NCBI GenBank assembly: GCA_964016885.1 | Contig: OZ024763.1 | Span: forward strand, 10,168,001 to 10,232,000 | From: Eledone cirrhosa | Lineage: Eukaryota | Length of the DNA: 64,000 bases | Direction of reading: 5' to 3' | Part shown: positions 25,806 to 39,116 of the stretch, one piece after another | How the letters are laid out: each line of letters begins with the position of its first letter | Position numbering within the stretch: position 1 is the stretch's first letter | The notes under the pieces: generated by a model | What the model was told of the DNA's origin: nothing | The model's database searches: none | Seen by the model: the letters and a program-made list of their open reading frames with translations, nothing else | Program-made: the position numbers and the translations under genes

Positions 25806-26782
25806 TACAAAGTGTTAAAACAATCAAATCTTAGTTTAATACATTTATTTGCTGACAATTGTTTCTTCCAGAGGATTGTCTGAAATCATCAGAGCATAGG
25901 GAATGTCTAAACAGATGATTAAAATCCTAGTCTTCAGAACATTTAGGTAGATACATAACTGTTGTTAGTGTCCTAGACATCATGTAGAGAATCGGGAGTT
26001 AAAAGAATGTTATGCTTCAGAGAACAATGGTGAAAAATGCAAAAGATAGGAATGGATAGTATAATATACTTACTATAGCAGCATGGACTATAAACTATAC
26101 ACATCTAAAAAAAATTACATCTCAAACTAAGAAAATTCCATGGTTAATACATCTGAATTACACCCAACGTATACATCTATATACGAGCTCCAGTATAAAC
26201 ATTCTTGAATGAAATTTACCTACCCAATTCAATCACGTGCTTTGCATTACATCTCCCATAACCTGTTTTATCACCACATGTCTCCCTACCATATAGCACG
26301 CCATTAAAAAAAATTAAAACATTTCTAACACTTATAAAATGCTTTTACATTCTACACGAAATATGCTTATTTCAGCTGTAATATAACTCTTTCCTCATAC
26401 ATGCCTTATTGGTTGTATTGACTCTTGCATTATATACCCTTAACATTACCTGATCTCCAATGCTATGATATCTTATGTCTATCCTATCTTACATTTTTCC
26501 ATGCTTTTAACTTTTTTTGCTTGTACCTTTTGCACTTTTCACCAGTGCTCCTTGTAATTGAGTTCTCTGAAGCATAACATTCTTTTAACTCCCGATTCTC
26601 TACATGATGTCTAGGACACTAACAACAGTTATGTATCTACCTAAATGTTCTGAAGACTAGGATTTTAACCACCTGTTTAGACATTCCCTATGCTCCGATG
26701 ATTCCAGACAATCCTCTGGAAGAAACAATTGTCAGCAAATAAATGTATTAAACTAAGATTTGATTGTTTTAACACTTTGTAT
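25806..26782. mobile_element. Fold-back element (arms ~25806-26025 / 26562-26782) with hammerhead motif at 25850-25896 (-)
   Basis: - strand tgct-CTGATGA-tttcaga..tctggaa-GAAA-caattg-TC-agca; the + copy at 26691-26737 has CCGATGA. Confidence 0.8.
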
Positions 26783-26861
26783 CTCGGCTCTGTAAAACAC
26801 TTGATAATTTGCATTGAGCCTTTTATCATACCGGTAACCGGCTAAAATATTATTATTATTG

Positions 26862-27042
26862 AATTGGCAGTATCGGTAGAGGGTCGGACATGCTGTCCAG
26901 CGTAGTTACGTCCCTTTACGATCTGAGTTCAAATCCCGCCAAGGTTAACTTTGCCTTTCATCCTTACGGGGTCGATAAAATAAAGTACCAGTAACGTACT
27001 GGGTAATTGCTGGCCTTGTGCCAAAAGTAGAAACAATTATTA
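26862..27042 (+). mobile_element. Nin-type SINE copy
   Basis: Same family as 16368-16555. Further partial copies at 29197-29312, 34610-34725, 43530-43636, 48082-48140 and 56378-56560. Confidence 0.85.
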
Positions 27043-27583
27043 CTATATATATATATATATATATGTATACGTACATACATATATGTATACAGACGCATAG
27101 TAGTATGTATATATATACATACATGCACACATACATATATGCACGTATCGGTTTACCGAACATTTATTATAATGCTCGGTTTATTTGTTTGTAAACAAAC
27201 AAACAGCCCGAATTACGCGGTACAGTGTTTAGGCAACCACGTCACCTTTTTGCTCAACACTGACACAGGAACGATGTACTAGTTTCAAGCTTATTAGCTA
27301 TCGTCAGCATCGTATACCTTCCTGCCAGATGGTTGAACGTCATATATGTATGTACGTATACATACATACTTACATTTAAGTAAGTGCCGTACTAAGAGTG
27401 AGAAATGAAATTTTGTTTCATTCTATTCCATTTATATATATATATATATATATAAGTAAGTTATTCCGGGTTGAATCGGAGGTAACCACAGTAAGTAAGG
27501 TACTCAATACATAGCAGAGTATAAAAGTTTTAATATAGATGAAATTCTACAGGACTAGAACTGTTTATTTCTTTAGAAAATAA

Positions 27584-28395
27584 ACCACCACCACCACCAC
27601 ACCACTACACCACCAGCACCACCACCACTACACCACCAGCACTACACCACCACCACCACCACTACACCATCACTACCACTACACCACCACCACCACCCAT
27701 ACACCACCACTACACCACCACCACCCATACACCACCACTACACCACTACAGCACACCACCACTACCACTACCACTACACCACCACACCGCTACTACCACA
27801 CCACCACTACCACACCACCACCACTACACCACCACCACCACACCACCACATCTACACCACCACCACCACATCACCACTACTACACCACCACCACTACACC
27901 ACCACCCCTACACCACCACCACCACACCACCACCACTACACCACCACCAGCACATCACCACCACCACCACACCACCACACCACCACCTCTACACCACCAC
28001 CACCACATCACCCCCACACCACCCCCACACCGGCCCCACCACTACACCACCACCACCACACCACCACCACCTCTACACCACCACCACTACACCCCCACCA
28101 CCACTACTACCCCACCACCACTACACCACCAGCACTACACCACTACCACTACACCACCACCACTTCACCCCCACCACTACACCACTACACCACCACCACT
28201 ACACCACCACCACCACACCACCACCTCTACACCACCACCACTACACCCCCACCACCCCATCACCCCCACCACTACACCCCCACCACTCCATCACCACCAC
28301 ACCACCACCACCACTACATCCCCACCACCACCACACCACCACTACACCACCACACCACCAGCTCCACCCCCAGCCTCCGCCCTCACCACCACCCT
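27584..28395. repeat. Degenerate (ACC)n/(ACACC)n simple repeat
   Basis: C/A-rich repeat that does not keep triplet phase. Confidence 0.9.
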
Positions 28396-28816
28396 CCATT
28401 GTTCATACAGCAGCCTGTGTCCAGTCAAGCATGTCTGTCTTAGTATATATATATATTGTGTTAGAGTATATATCTTATATATTGTTATTGGACAGTTGTG
28501 GTGAACAGTGCTGGTTGTAGTGGTCAACACTGGCTTCAGTGAGCATTGTCGTGGTCAGTTCTGGCTTTAGTGGACATTGGTGGTAACTTAGAGCAGTGGA
28601 TATTGGTGGCAGCAGTGGACATAGGGAGTCATATGTGACCAGAGTGACCAGCCTGTTATCATTTTAATCCTTCTCCAGTATCTCTTCCAAGTCTGTCTTG
28701 GTCACCATCCTTATAACACCCTCTTCTCACTCTCCGCTCACTGCCCTCGCAGGGTAGCCCAGGATATTACGCTTTCCCCCTCCTGTCTAGTCCCAGTTGT
28801 GGTACCGGTGGTCAAT

Positions 28817-29159
28817 ATGAAGCTGTTACTCCTATTCTACCACCCTCCACTTCTACTTCTGACCATCACAGTCATCTTCCCCTCAACATCATCATCATCG
28901 TCGGGGTCAGAGGGGCCGATCTATAAGGAAGCCTATTACAAATATCTGGGTAGCAGCTATTCCTACATCCACCTTTTGAAGACATCTGACGACCTCATTC
29001 AGGACGCCTCTCTTGTCAAGTGTACGGCCATTTCTTTAGAGAGACAAACAGAATTCTTCAGTTACAACCAAGTCCAACAAATTTGTAAGATATATTCACC
29101 AAAGAATATAATGACAGTCACCAGTGGACAGAACACTAACGAGATGCCATATTATAGAA
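28817..29159 (+). CDS. Exon 1 of a secreted uncharacterised protein (signal peptide plus degenerate PAN/apple-like segment)
   Basis: MKLLLLFYHPPLLLLTITVIF...KCTAIS..FFSYNQVQQICKIY...YYR; donor A|GTAAGT, phase 1. Confidence 0.85.
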
Positions 29160-29309
29160 GTAAGTTACCTTTATTATTATTATTATTATTATTATTCTGA
29201 GTTCAAATCCCGCCGAGGTTGACTTTGCCTTTCATCCTTACGGGGTCCATAAAATAAAGTACCAGTAATGCACTGGGTAATTGCTGGCCTTGTGCCTAAA
29301 GTAGAAACA

Positions 29310-29345
<36 letters not shown>

Positions 29346-29399
29346 GTTCTTTGAGTCTCAGTCATTGATGTTATTTAACTGGAAAGTTTGTTGAAATGA

Positions 29400-30535
29400 A
29401 TATCAAGCCACTACCTGCAGCCTCAGATATTCAGGACGTATCTGAGGGTTCTTGCTGTTCCCAGCAAGCATGCCTTTTGAAGTGTTCCAAAAAATGGGGC
29501 TGGACTAATCTTCTTTAACCATCCTTGGAAACTCTTTGAGATAGTACTTAGTGCACCTATGACAATCGGGACGACCTTGATTTCATGGCAGTTCCAAATC
29601 CTTTTTAACTCCCACTTTAAATCCTGGTATCGGTTAATTTTCTCCCTCTCCTTTTCTTGCACTCTCATGTCAAATGGGCAGGCTACATCTATAATCAGGC
29701 ACAATCTTTTTTCCTTGTCCAAAACCACCATGTCAGGCCTATTGTGTTCTAATTTCTTGTCCGTCTGCATCCTAAAATCCCATAGCACCTTCACCTGATC
29801 GTTTCCTATCACCGACTCTGGCTTATGCTCATACCACTTCTCAGAATGTGGTAAATTGTTTACTTTGCATAGATGCCAGTGGATCACCCTGCCTATCACA
29901 TCATGTCTCCAGCTTTTATAGTGAGTCTGGGCTAGGTGTTTACACTCGGATACAATGTGAGCCACAGTCTCCTCTCTCTCTCTCCACAGATCCTACACAG
30001 TAAGCTAGCCTCCTTCTTGTCAATATGGTGTTTCACCCACTTCGTTCTGATGGCTTGCTCTTGCGCAGCCATTAGCATTCCTGCTGTAGTTTTTTTAAGG
30101 TCTCCTCTTTTTAACCAGTTCCATGTCTGAGGATCTCTGAATTCTATTTTCTTAAAGAAGGTGCTATGAAGGGATTTTTCATGAAGGTTGCTCTTCCTCC
30201 TTGTTGCTATTTCCTCCTTGGACATCCCCTGGTCTATTGTCTTCTCCCTCAGTACAATTTTGAGCATTGGCTCCCTACTGTCAGACACATATTTGTGCAA
30301 ACTGTTTTTCTCCATCTGAACACAGTCCTCCAAGCTGATAAGACCTCTTCCACCTTCAAATCTCTTTACGTAGAGTCTATCAACATCACTCCTCTTGTGG
30401 AACATGCTGTAGGTAGTCATTAGCTTCCTAGTCTTCCTATCCATTTCTTTTTGTTCAGTAACATTCAGTTTCAGAATTCCCGCACTGTTCCTAATAATAG
30501 ACACAGCTCAGAAATTTACTGCACTTATGACATAT
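29400..30535 (-). mobile_element. R4/Dong-like non-LTR retrotransposon 3' fragment (restriction-like endonuclease), in intron 1
   Basis: RLYVKRFEGGRGL; CRIC...HIVSEC; RHD; LWDF..QTD..HNRPD..IIDV. Confidence 0.85.
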
Positions 30536-30543
30536 TATTATTA

Positions 30544-31195
30544 GGATTGGCAGTATCAGTAGAGGGTCGGGCGCCATGCTTTGAAGCATAGAGTTACCTC
30601 CCTTTATGATCTGAGTTCAAATCCCGCCGAGGTTAACTTTGCCTTTTATCCTTACGGGGTCGATAAAATAAAGTACCAGTAATGCACTGGGTAATTGCTG
30701 GCCTTGTGCCAAACGTAGAAACAATTATTATTATTATTATATTTAAGGTTAACTTTTCCTTTCATCCTTACGGGGTCGATAAAATAAAGTACCAGTAATG
30801 CTCTGGGTAATTGCTGGCCTTGTGCCAAACGTAGAAACAATTATTATTATTATTATATTTAAGGTTAACTTTTCCTTTCATCCTTACGGGGTCGATAAAA
30901 TAAAGTACCAGTAATGCTCTGGGTAATTGCTGGCCTTGTGCCAAACGTAGAAACAATTATTATTATTATTATATTTAAGGTTAACTTTTCCTTTCATCCT
31001 TACGGGGTCGATAAAATAAAGTACCAGTAATGCTCTGGGTAATTGCTGGCCTTGTGCCAAACGTAGAAACAATTATTATTATTATTATATTTAAGGTTAA
31101 CTTTGCCTTTCATCCTTACGGGGTGGATAAAATAAAGTACCAGTAATACACTAGGTAATTGCTGGCCTTGTGCCAAAAGTAGAAACAATTATTAT
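30544..31195 (+). repeat. Nin-type SINE whose 3' 116 bp is tandemly amplified about 5 times
   Basis: Near-identical ORFs at 116-bp spacing (30652, 30768, 30884, 31000). Confidence 0.92.
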
Positions 31196-31199
31196 TATA

Positions 31200-31790
31200 T
31201 TTAACTTTTATTTCGCCTCATGTGCAATTACTACCGAGTATCAAGCAGATTCTGGGTTATTATAACCTGGTCCACCACACAACCTCTTTGGCTAACGCCA
31301 CAAGCCAGTTTTCCTGTCTGGTAGCGTTAGCGAAAGAGGTTGTGTGGTGGGCTAGGTCTAAAGGACTCAACACAGACACTTTTCTCCTCGACTAATCCCT
31401 CATCAACTTTTTCAACCTTCACTTGGAAAGGAATGTGAGGAAGGTGAAAGAAGGGCTACCCCCGTACATTTATCTTGGGTGAATATGGCGAGAATGGCCC
31501 GTGTGAATGGGCCTACTCTGAGCATGAGCCTGTAGGCTGGTTAACTTGAGGAGGAGAGGGTACTCTTCCAAGGTGCCCTCAAACATTCAGATGGTTCAGG
31601 ATTGGTGGGGTACCTGAGTTGCCCCTGGGTGATTAATCTCACTATTGGGGAGTCTGTTTTTTATATTTTTATATATATTTTATATTTTTTTATTGTGTAT
31701 TTTCACTCAATTTTATTGTAAACCCCTTACTGTCCCTTTGTTTGTATTGTCCCCTACATGTTGGCCCGAGTGGCCAATAAATGAAATCAT
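31200..31790 (+). mobile_element. L1/Tx1-like LINE 3' end remnant
   Basis: 3' tail ...ccccttactgtccctttgtttgtattgtcccct..ggccaataa; related - strand ends at 44405-44470 and 48150-48330. Confidence 0.45.
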
Positions 31791-31810
31791 TATTATTATT
31801 ATTATTTCAG

Positions 31811-31989
31811 GAAATGGATGGATTAAGGTGTATGCTTTATCGATGGGAGCAGCGTCGTTAGTCTATAATTCAATAATTAATCAAGGAAGTCCGTCAACTT
31901 GGAAAGTAGAAGAATGTGTTGGAAATTTCTGTCCAAATTTTTTTCGACATCCAATTCTGGATATTTGGAAGGAGCTTCCAATTGATGAG
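31811..31989 (+). CDS. Exon 2 of the secreted protein gene
   Basis: tttcag| phase 1; NGWIKVYALSMG...CVGNFCPNFFRHPILDIWKELPIDE; |gtaggt phase 0. Confidence 0.9.
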
Positions 31990-32482
31990 GTAGGTTCTGT
32001 ACACACACACACACTACACACACACATATATATATATATATATTCTGTTATGTACACATGCACACATACATACATATAAACACAGAAATACATACATATA
32101 TTTATTTATAAACATACCATATTTCTTTAGAAATACAAAATTCAAGTACATATCTGTATACAACTATGTTTGAAGCTAAATTCTAATTCTATTATAAGTT
32201 GAGCCAACTTATACAGCTTCATATGCAAATGAGATTAATCATCTCATTTACACAGACGAAAAAACTATATATTTTCGTCTATTCTCAAAGTCCAGCACTG
32301 GCAAGAGCGGAAGAGATCGTCCTGACAAGAACCAGTTGAGTTCGAAATGCATCGACGATTGTCTCCCTTGCTGGGTGACGTTAGCTGCCAGTGTTTTTCA
32401 TAGCTAAGGCTTTCTAAATGTTTATTTATAAACATATCGTATTTCTTTAGAAATACGAAATTCAAACACACACACACACACG

Positions 32483-32582
<100 letters not shown>

Positions 32583-32875
32583 AATATATATATATATATA
32601 ATACAGAGATTGAAAAATCATTGAGCTTTTGAGTTACTGATTGACCTAGGATTAGCATTGAGCTTCTATAATCTTTACCAAGATATATATTGGAGTTTAC
32701 CAAACCTAACACGACCCCCCCCCCCCCACATATATATATAATGTATAATAAACAATACAATATAATTGCCTCATTACCAGAGGTTTCCTGAATAAGACGG
32801 ATACAAGAAATTACAAGTAATTATATTGTATTGTTTATTATATATATATAATTATATTGTAATTATATTGTATTG

Positions 32876-32923
<48 letters not shown>

Positions 32924-32964
32924 ATTAAGTCAAATATGTAAAATTTAGCTTCGTTTATTATAAA

Positions 32965-33248
32965 TTATAGATACACTGCTATATATATTTCGGTGACAAC
33001 CATCATTGGCTGTGACCTCTTCAGGCCGTCTGAATTGGTGTGGGAAAGACAGGTACACAAAACATATGATTCCAGTTCCTCAGAGAAATAACAACACAAC
33101 CAGGAGCTGGACATATCGATGTATTGATGGAGTAAAACCCACTTCAACAACATGTGTACCTGTCTTTCCCACACCAATTCGGACTGCCTGAAGAGGTCAC
33201 AGCCAATGATGGCTGTCACCGAAATATATATAGCAGTATATCTATAAT
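32965..33248. mobile_element. Fold-back element with hammerhead motif at 33183-33237 (+) and mirror at 32975-33029 (-)
   Basis: actgc-CTGAAGA-ggtcacagcca atga tggctgtcacc-GAAA-tatata-TA-gcagt; nested in an outer inverted repeat ~32920-32963 / ~33717-33762. Confidence 0.85.
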
Positions 33249-33859
33249 CTAAACTATAATAAAGAGAGGAGCGCGGGACTGCGTACGGTTTATAATTTTT
33301 TATCTCATTAGTAAAATAAGTTGGATTACTTTGAATAAATAACTGAATATTACATAATTTATCTACTAAATTTTGTAGCTGTTGATTAAATATATTTTGT
33401 TTATTTAAAGATTCACTTCTTTAAAATTTCTGAAATGTCAACACTTCCGGTTGGCGATCGCTTAAATAAACATACTAATTTTCTGTCACTAATGTTCTCC
33501 TAATATCGCCTTTTTTTAATGTATCATAGTGTAACGTAGTCTTCGCTCAATTTCTATGTATTATATATTATCAATTACGATTTTATTTGATGTATCATAT
33601 CTACATGTGTATATACTTGCGTATAATATCAAGATACACACTACACATGCTAGCTGATTTGGCTTCGTTTATTATAAACTAGCAGAAAACCACCTGAAGA
33701 GTGGTTTTCTGGTAGTTTATAATAAACGAAGCCAAATTTTACATATTTGACTTAATTATTTTACATTATTCCGGAGTAAACAAAACGAACGTGCATACTT
33801 CGTTGAGTGCTCCAATCTGCATACTGAGGTGTCGGTAAACAACCAACATATACTCAAAA

Positions 33860-33945
<86 letters not shown>

Positions 33946-34421
33946 CTTTGGGAGGGTCATGTTGCCAATAAAAACACACGCACCAGTTGGTTTTCACTTC
34001 AATTTATTATAAATTTCCGGTTGTTTGGTTGGTTGGTTCAATAACCAGAAGGTTGTTTATATATTGTCAAAGCTCTTTCGACACACATTCTGTGACCTCC
34101 TCAGTGACTAGGTTTTTATTTTGTGTGCCTCTCCTTTGTTCTGTCCTACACCATCTTGTTTTTGTGTGTTGTGTGTTGTGTGCTTAGTTTGCGCATGCGT
34201 TACATTCGGGTGTGTGTGTATTTTTATTTATTTATCTATGTGTTTATTCACTTGTCACTAGTTGGTTGTTTGTTTTATCTGTGTGTGTCTGGTTTGTTTT
34301 GTTAGTTTGGTTCTCATGTCTCTGTATGTCTTTATCTTGTCCTTAATTACTAGTTGTAATGTTGCTATTCCACTCATGTTTTCTGTTTAATTTTATATAA
34401 ACATACCATATTCTTCTTCAG

Positions 34422-34582
34422 GTAAAGCTGGTTATTTACAAGAACCAAACAGATGTTGTCACTATGGTATTTAACGGCAGGAATGAATCTATAACCAGCT
34501 GGTTTAATAAAACCAATGTAAAGAGTACAACCCCATGGACAGACTTTGGAACATTTAGCCATTTTTCTATGGTTGGAATTGA
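34422..34582 (+). CDS. Exon 3 of the secreted protein gene
   Basis: ttcttcttcag| VKLVIYKNQTDVVTMVFNGRNESITSWFNKTNVKSTTPWTDFGTFSHFSMVGI GA|gtaagt, phase 2. Confidence 0.9.
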
Positions 34583-34746
34583 GTAAGTCATAATTATTAT
34601 TATTATCATTGAGTTTAAATCCCGCCGAGGTTAGCTTTGTCTTTCATCCTTATTGGGTCGCTAAAATAAAGTACCTGTAACGTACTGGGGTCGGTTTAAT
34701 CGACTTTTCCCTCCCCTAAATAATTCTTATTATTATTATACACACG

Positions 34747-34778
<32 letters not shown>

Positions 34779-34779
34779 A

Positions 34780-35760
34780 AATGTATAATAAACAATACAA
34801 TATAATTACCTCATTACCAGAGGTTTCCCGAATAAGACGAATACAAGAAACGTCCTCATTGGTTCGTCAGCTTCATAAATTACAGCTGGTGTGTTAAAAC
34901 CAATGTAGGCAAAAAATTTCTAGCCCTCTTAGATAGACATTTTCCCATAGGTCATAAATACTGCTCCATCTTTAACCGACACAAAGTAAAACTAGGATAC
35001 TCCTGCGCTAAGAACATGAAGGCCCACATCACCAGCAGCCCTAGGAGCAACACCCCACCAGGGTGCTCTTGCCGTAAGCCCAAAGCTTGCTCCCTTCAAC
35101 AGCAATGCAACACACCCGCTGTAATTTATGAAGCTGTGGTCACTTCCAACTGACCAAACCAACCACAGGAGGTCAAATCCTATGTGGGCATGGCGGAGGG
35201 CCAATTTAAGGAACGTTTCCTGAACCACCAGTCGACCTTTAGGTACCCGGACAGACGTTCATCCACGAAACTCACGAGCCACGTATGGTCCCTCAAGGAC
35301 TCAGGTATAGACTACTCCATTCAATGGAAAGCCATCACTAAGTCCAAGCCATACGCAAGGGGAAATCCGTCGTGTGGACTGTGTATTGATGAACGAATAA
35401 ATATTCTAAAGAGATTATACAATAGTGATTGCCTAAACACAGAAATTAATTTTTCACACGTTGTCCACACGTCTCGAAACACCTCTTGCATAACTACAAA
35501 GCTCCGGATTGAATGAATTATTGTAACAACATCAATATTTTTTCTTATCAACTAAAAACTTTTCGGACTTTCGCAGTTATTTCCCTTACACCTCTCGCAT
35601 GCATTTTAGCATTGCCTGTGTGAAGTGACCAGTTTCTGCGCATGCGCGTTCGTACGGTTGTCCTTCCTGTTCCGTATAACCATGCCCATTACGAGCTGAG
35701 GATGCGCTAAGGTGAAACAATTGTTCTCGGTATGGTGAACTAACTGTTGTGTAACCACTT
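34780..35760 (+). mobile_element. 5'-truncated Penelope-like element: inverted terminal fragment, GIY-YIG endonuclease, 3' repeat
   Basis: KTNVGKKFLALLDRHFP...YVGMAEGQFKERFLNH..SSTKLTSHVWSLK..CGLCIDE; hammerhead cores at 34808-34870 (-) and 35692-35729 (+). Confidence 0.88.
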
Positions 35761-35774
35761 CTCTCTCTCTCTCT

Positions 35775-35816
<42 letters not shown>

Positions 35817-35818
<2 letters not shown>

Positions 35819-36525
35819 GTGGGAAAGTAAGAAATCGGAGAATAGACCGTTAAAACATGTTTATTTAAAACAGCACCTACGTACGTTTCGCCCAGTTGGG
35901 CTTCTCAAGGGCATAAATAATCAAAAGTGTTCCTTACATTGCTCGGAAAGAGTTTTGGGGGTTAAATCCACGTCAAGGTTCATTGCTCGCAAAAATAGCT
36001 TGTTTTGATTTTGCAGCAGGTCAAGGGAGGTAACTCTGGCCGGTGTTAGGGCAGTCTTTCCCGGACAAATTTTTTTATCTGCTACGAGATGAGGTTGCAA
36101 CCTTACCATTGTCGATACGCATGCAATCAACGCTTATTTTGAGAGTTTTTTTGCCGCATCTGTTTGTCTGAGTCGTTTGAGGCTAGGTCTGGTATGCAAG
36201 GAAAGTTTCCTGGGTGTTATTTTGCAGCGCCTGCCCGCCGAGGTGTAAAGACTTGTTGCAGGGAGATCCGGGGCACGGTTTCACTCCTCATCCTTAACCC
36301 ATCTGAAGAAGGATATTTTTAAGCGATGTGTAAAACTTATCGCTGTTTCAGCTCTGCTGTTGATGAGCTCGTGGAGTGCAGTTATGATGTGGTAGAGCTC
36401 CATGAGGCAAAGATCGCATTTCCTCTTGAAGTTGTACGGTGCAGCCCTGCCGAAACGTACGTAGGTGCTGTTTTAAATAAACATGTTTTAACGGTCTATT
36501 CTCCGATTTCTTACTTTCCCACGTG
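35817..36525. mobile_element. Inverted repeat (~75-bp arms) with U3-A8 hammerhead variant at 35873-35912 (-)
   Basis: Arms 35817-35890 / 36450-36523; - strand gccc-TTGAGAA-gccca ac tgggc-GAAA-cgtacg-TA-ggtgc. Confidence 0.7.
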
Positions 36526-36739
36526 CTTACGCTCTGCTAACTCTCTAGCCCACTAAATATTAACACTTCGAATATTTAATACTGCCGGCACTAGTATCGA
36601 GCACCTTTGGCATACGCTACTTGGCAAATAACTATATGTATCACCTATCCTCCCCTTTTTCTCTCTCTCGATACGGAAATACTGTATATATATATATATA
36701 TTTATATATGTATATTTATATATGTATATATATTCATGT

Positions 36740-38492
36740 GCACAATACGAAATCTGGCTCCCTCACGTCTTCTCTGAAGCAACAGTTCCAACTGTTTGAG
36801 TCCACCCCAACCACTTCTCACTCCAGTTTGACATTGAGCTCGGTGCCTACCAACAGGCAACCAATAAACCTTAAGCATGCTGTTAATGTGAAATTCAGCG
36901 AATTTGACATTAAAGGGGCTGTCCGTCTCCTCTCTTCTCTGTCCTTCGTGTAACTCTTGAGCGACTGAAAGAGATGCACCCATCGGCCAGACGATCAATT
37001 ACGCTGGCCCGAACCACCCGAATACTCGAGACCGGTCTACACCACTGATAATATCAGAAAGGCGATTACATCCTTCCCCGCTTTTTCAGCTGTGGTAATT
37101 GACGGTCTCAAGGATGGTATATCCTTATCGGGCGTTGATGCCAAACTCGAGCTCTTGGAGAGTCTGACTCAGTTTGTGAAACGGTTCTCTTCAATGAACA
37201 TTCTCCCTTATATCTGCCCACTGTTCTTCGGTGCAAAATTATTCGGTCTCACTAAACCCAATGGAGACCTGCGCCCCATTGCAGTTGGTTGTACCCTTCG
37301 CCGTCTCATTGCAAAGGTGTGTTTGCTATCGGTCTCTGACTCTCTGTCGGAAGAATTTTCCCCTATCCAGCTAGGGGTGGGTACCAAGCTGGGATGTGAG
37401 GCTGCTGCCCACGCTACAAGAGCCGTTACCAACTTGCCTTTCATGTCCCCCAGGGTCATCCTCAAACTTGACCTCAAAAACGCTTTTAACTCCGTCAACC
37501 GCGATGTCGTCCTCAGCTGAGTAAGAGAGAGGGTCCCACAACTCCTTTCTTGGCAGGTTTATCGGGAACCCTCCTACCACTCTTTTGGTGACTAAATCCT
37601 CATCTCTCCCCCAGGAGTTCAACAGGGTGACCCACTCGGGCCCGCTCTGTTTGCACTGGCATTGATGACATCACCAAGACAGGGGTTGGGTTGGACCTCA
37701 ACGTCTGGTATATAGATGGCGCTTGTTCTTTCTTTTGGGGGGGGGGGGGGGTGACTTCCAGATAGGATTCTCGCCACTGCAAACAAAAGGACTGAGGAGC
37801 TTGGCCGTCGGGGTCTCCAAGTCAATAGCTCCAAATGTGAACTCTGGATCTTCAACCACCGGCTTCTCAACATCAACAGACAATTGACCTGTTTGTCGAG
37901 TCCTTCCCTTCAATTACGGTCCCTTCCCCATCGGCTTGGTGTTCCTTAGGAGCCCCAGTTACTGACCTTGCCTTCGAGTCAGTCTTCCAATCGAAGATAC
38001 CTTGAACAATTGTTGAAGAATATTGAAGCAATTGAACCCCATCAAGGTTTTTTCATACTCAGAATCTACCTTTTGATTCCTAAGCTTTTGTATCTGCTCA
38101 GAGTCAGCCCATCTCACAGATTTTTGTCATGCCTCCAATGCTTCGATGACCTAATCTTCGAGAGACTCAAGTGCTTGGTCAATGTCAGAGTCTTGCAATC
38201 AGGCTGCGTTGCCCAAACGATTTGGGGGTCATGGTATTCGTAAGTGTTTGTCCTTCTCTCTCCCTTTCTTCCTTTCCTTCACCCATGCTTGCTCCACCCT
38301 GGTGAGCAACATCCTCTCCTCTCCAACATGGACTAGTTCCTTCAGAGAGTTGGATGAAGCTCTACTACAATGGAGTGAGTTGGGCTTGTCTATTCCTGAC
38401 AACGTGGAGGACAGACAAAGTCAGAGAGCTTGGGACAGCATACATTCGAGGGCCACCTTTGACTCTCTCTTCAACCAGAAGTACCTGGCCTG
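36740..38492 (+). mobile_element. CRE-clade non-LTR retrotransposon RT pseudogene, in intron 3
   Basis: KPNGDLRPIAVGCTLRRL..QLGVG..GCEAAAHA..KLDLKNAFNS..QQGDPLGP..WYID; QAALPKRFGGHGI. Confidence 0.85.
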
Positions 38493-38919
38493 ACAGTGTT
38501 ACCAGGGAGTATTGCTAGTTCGAAATAAAGTTGACAGGCATGTTTAGTGAGTTGGTCCCAGGGTTACTTACTCCAGTAAGTACCACCGGATCCCAACTAC
38601 TAAATTTTAATAGAAAGAAGATATAGAAGAACTTTCATACAATTTCTTTTTTGTGAGAATTATCTCTCTGTACATTCAACTATCGCACACATGGTAGTAC
38701 CATGAATAGCTGAAGTAAAAATATAGCACCGAGCAAGTAAGATGGCGACTTCAAAAAAACGAAAGCTTGGTTGAACCGAAAAACACCAGGGACAAATTTT
38801 TTTTTTTCATTTTGGTGAGGTATCACGCTGTCAACATGGCGATTTGCTTCTTCAATTTTTTTATTTTTCTGCCCCACACGAACCGACTAAATCAGAAACC
38901 ATTATTTCCCTATTTACAG

Positions 38920-39083
38920 AGGTGCACGCCGTTTCTATGTGTCCAACATGCATAATGGTTGTCCAGGAGATAAGGGATGGTTAACTATTAATGAAAGATT
39001 CCTATCTTGTAATTGGGAGAAATCTAATTTTTTTCCGACCATCTTATACTCCAATTTAGCCACCAAAGTCACATGGAGTAAAG
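38920..39083 (+). CDS. Exon 4 of the secreted protein gene
   Basis: tttacag| (E)GARRFYVSNMHNGCPGDKGWLTINERFLSCNWEKSNFFPTILYSNLATKVTWSK G|gtaatt, phase 1. Confidence 0.9.
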
Positions 39084-39116
39084 GTAATTATCAATATATC
39101 TTCTTCTTTTTCTTAT

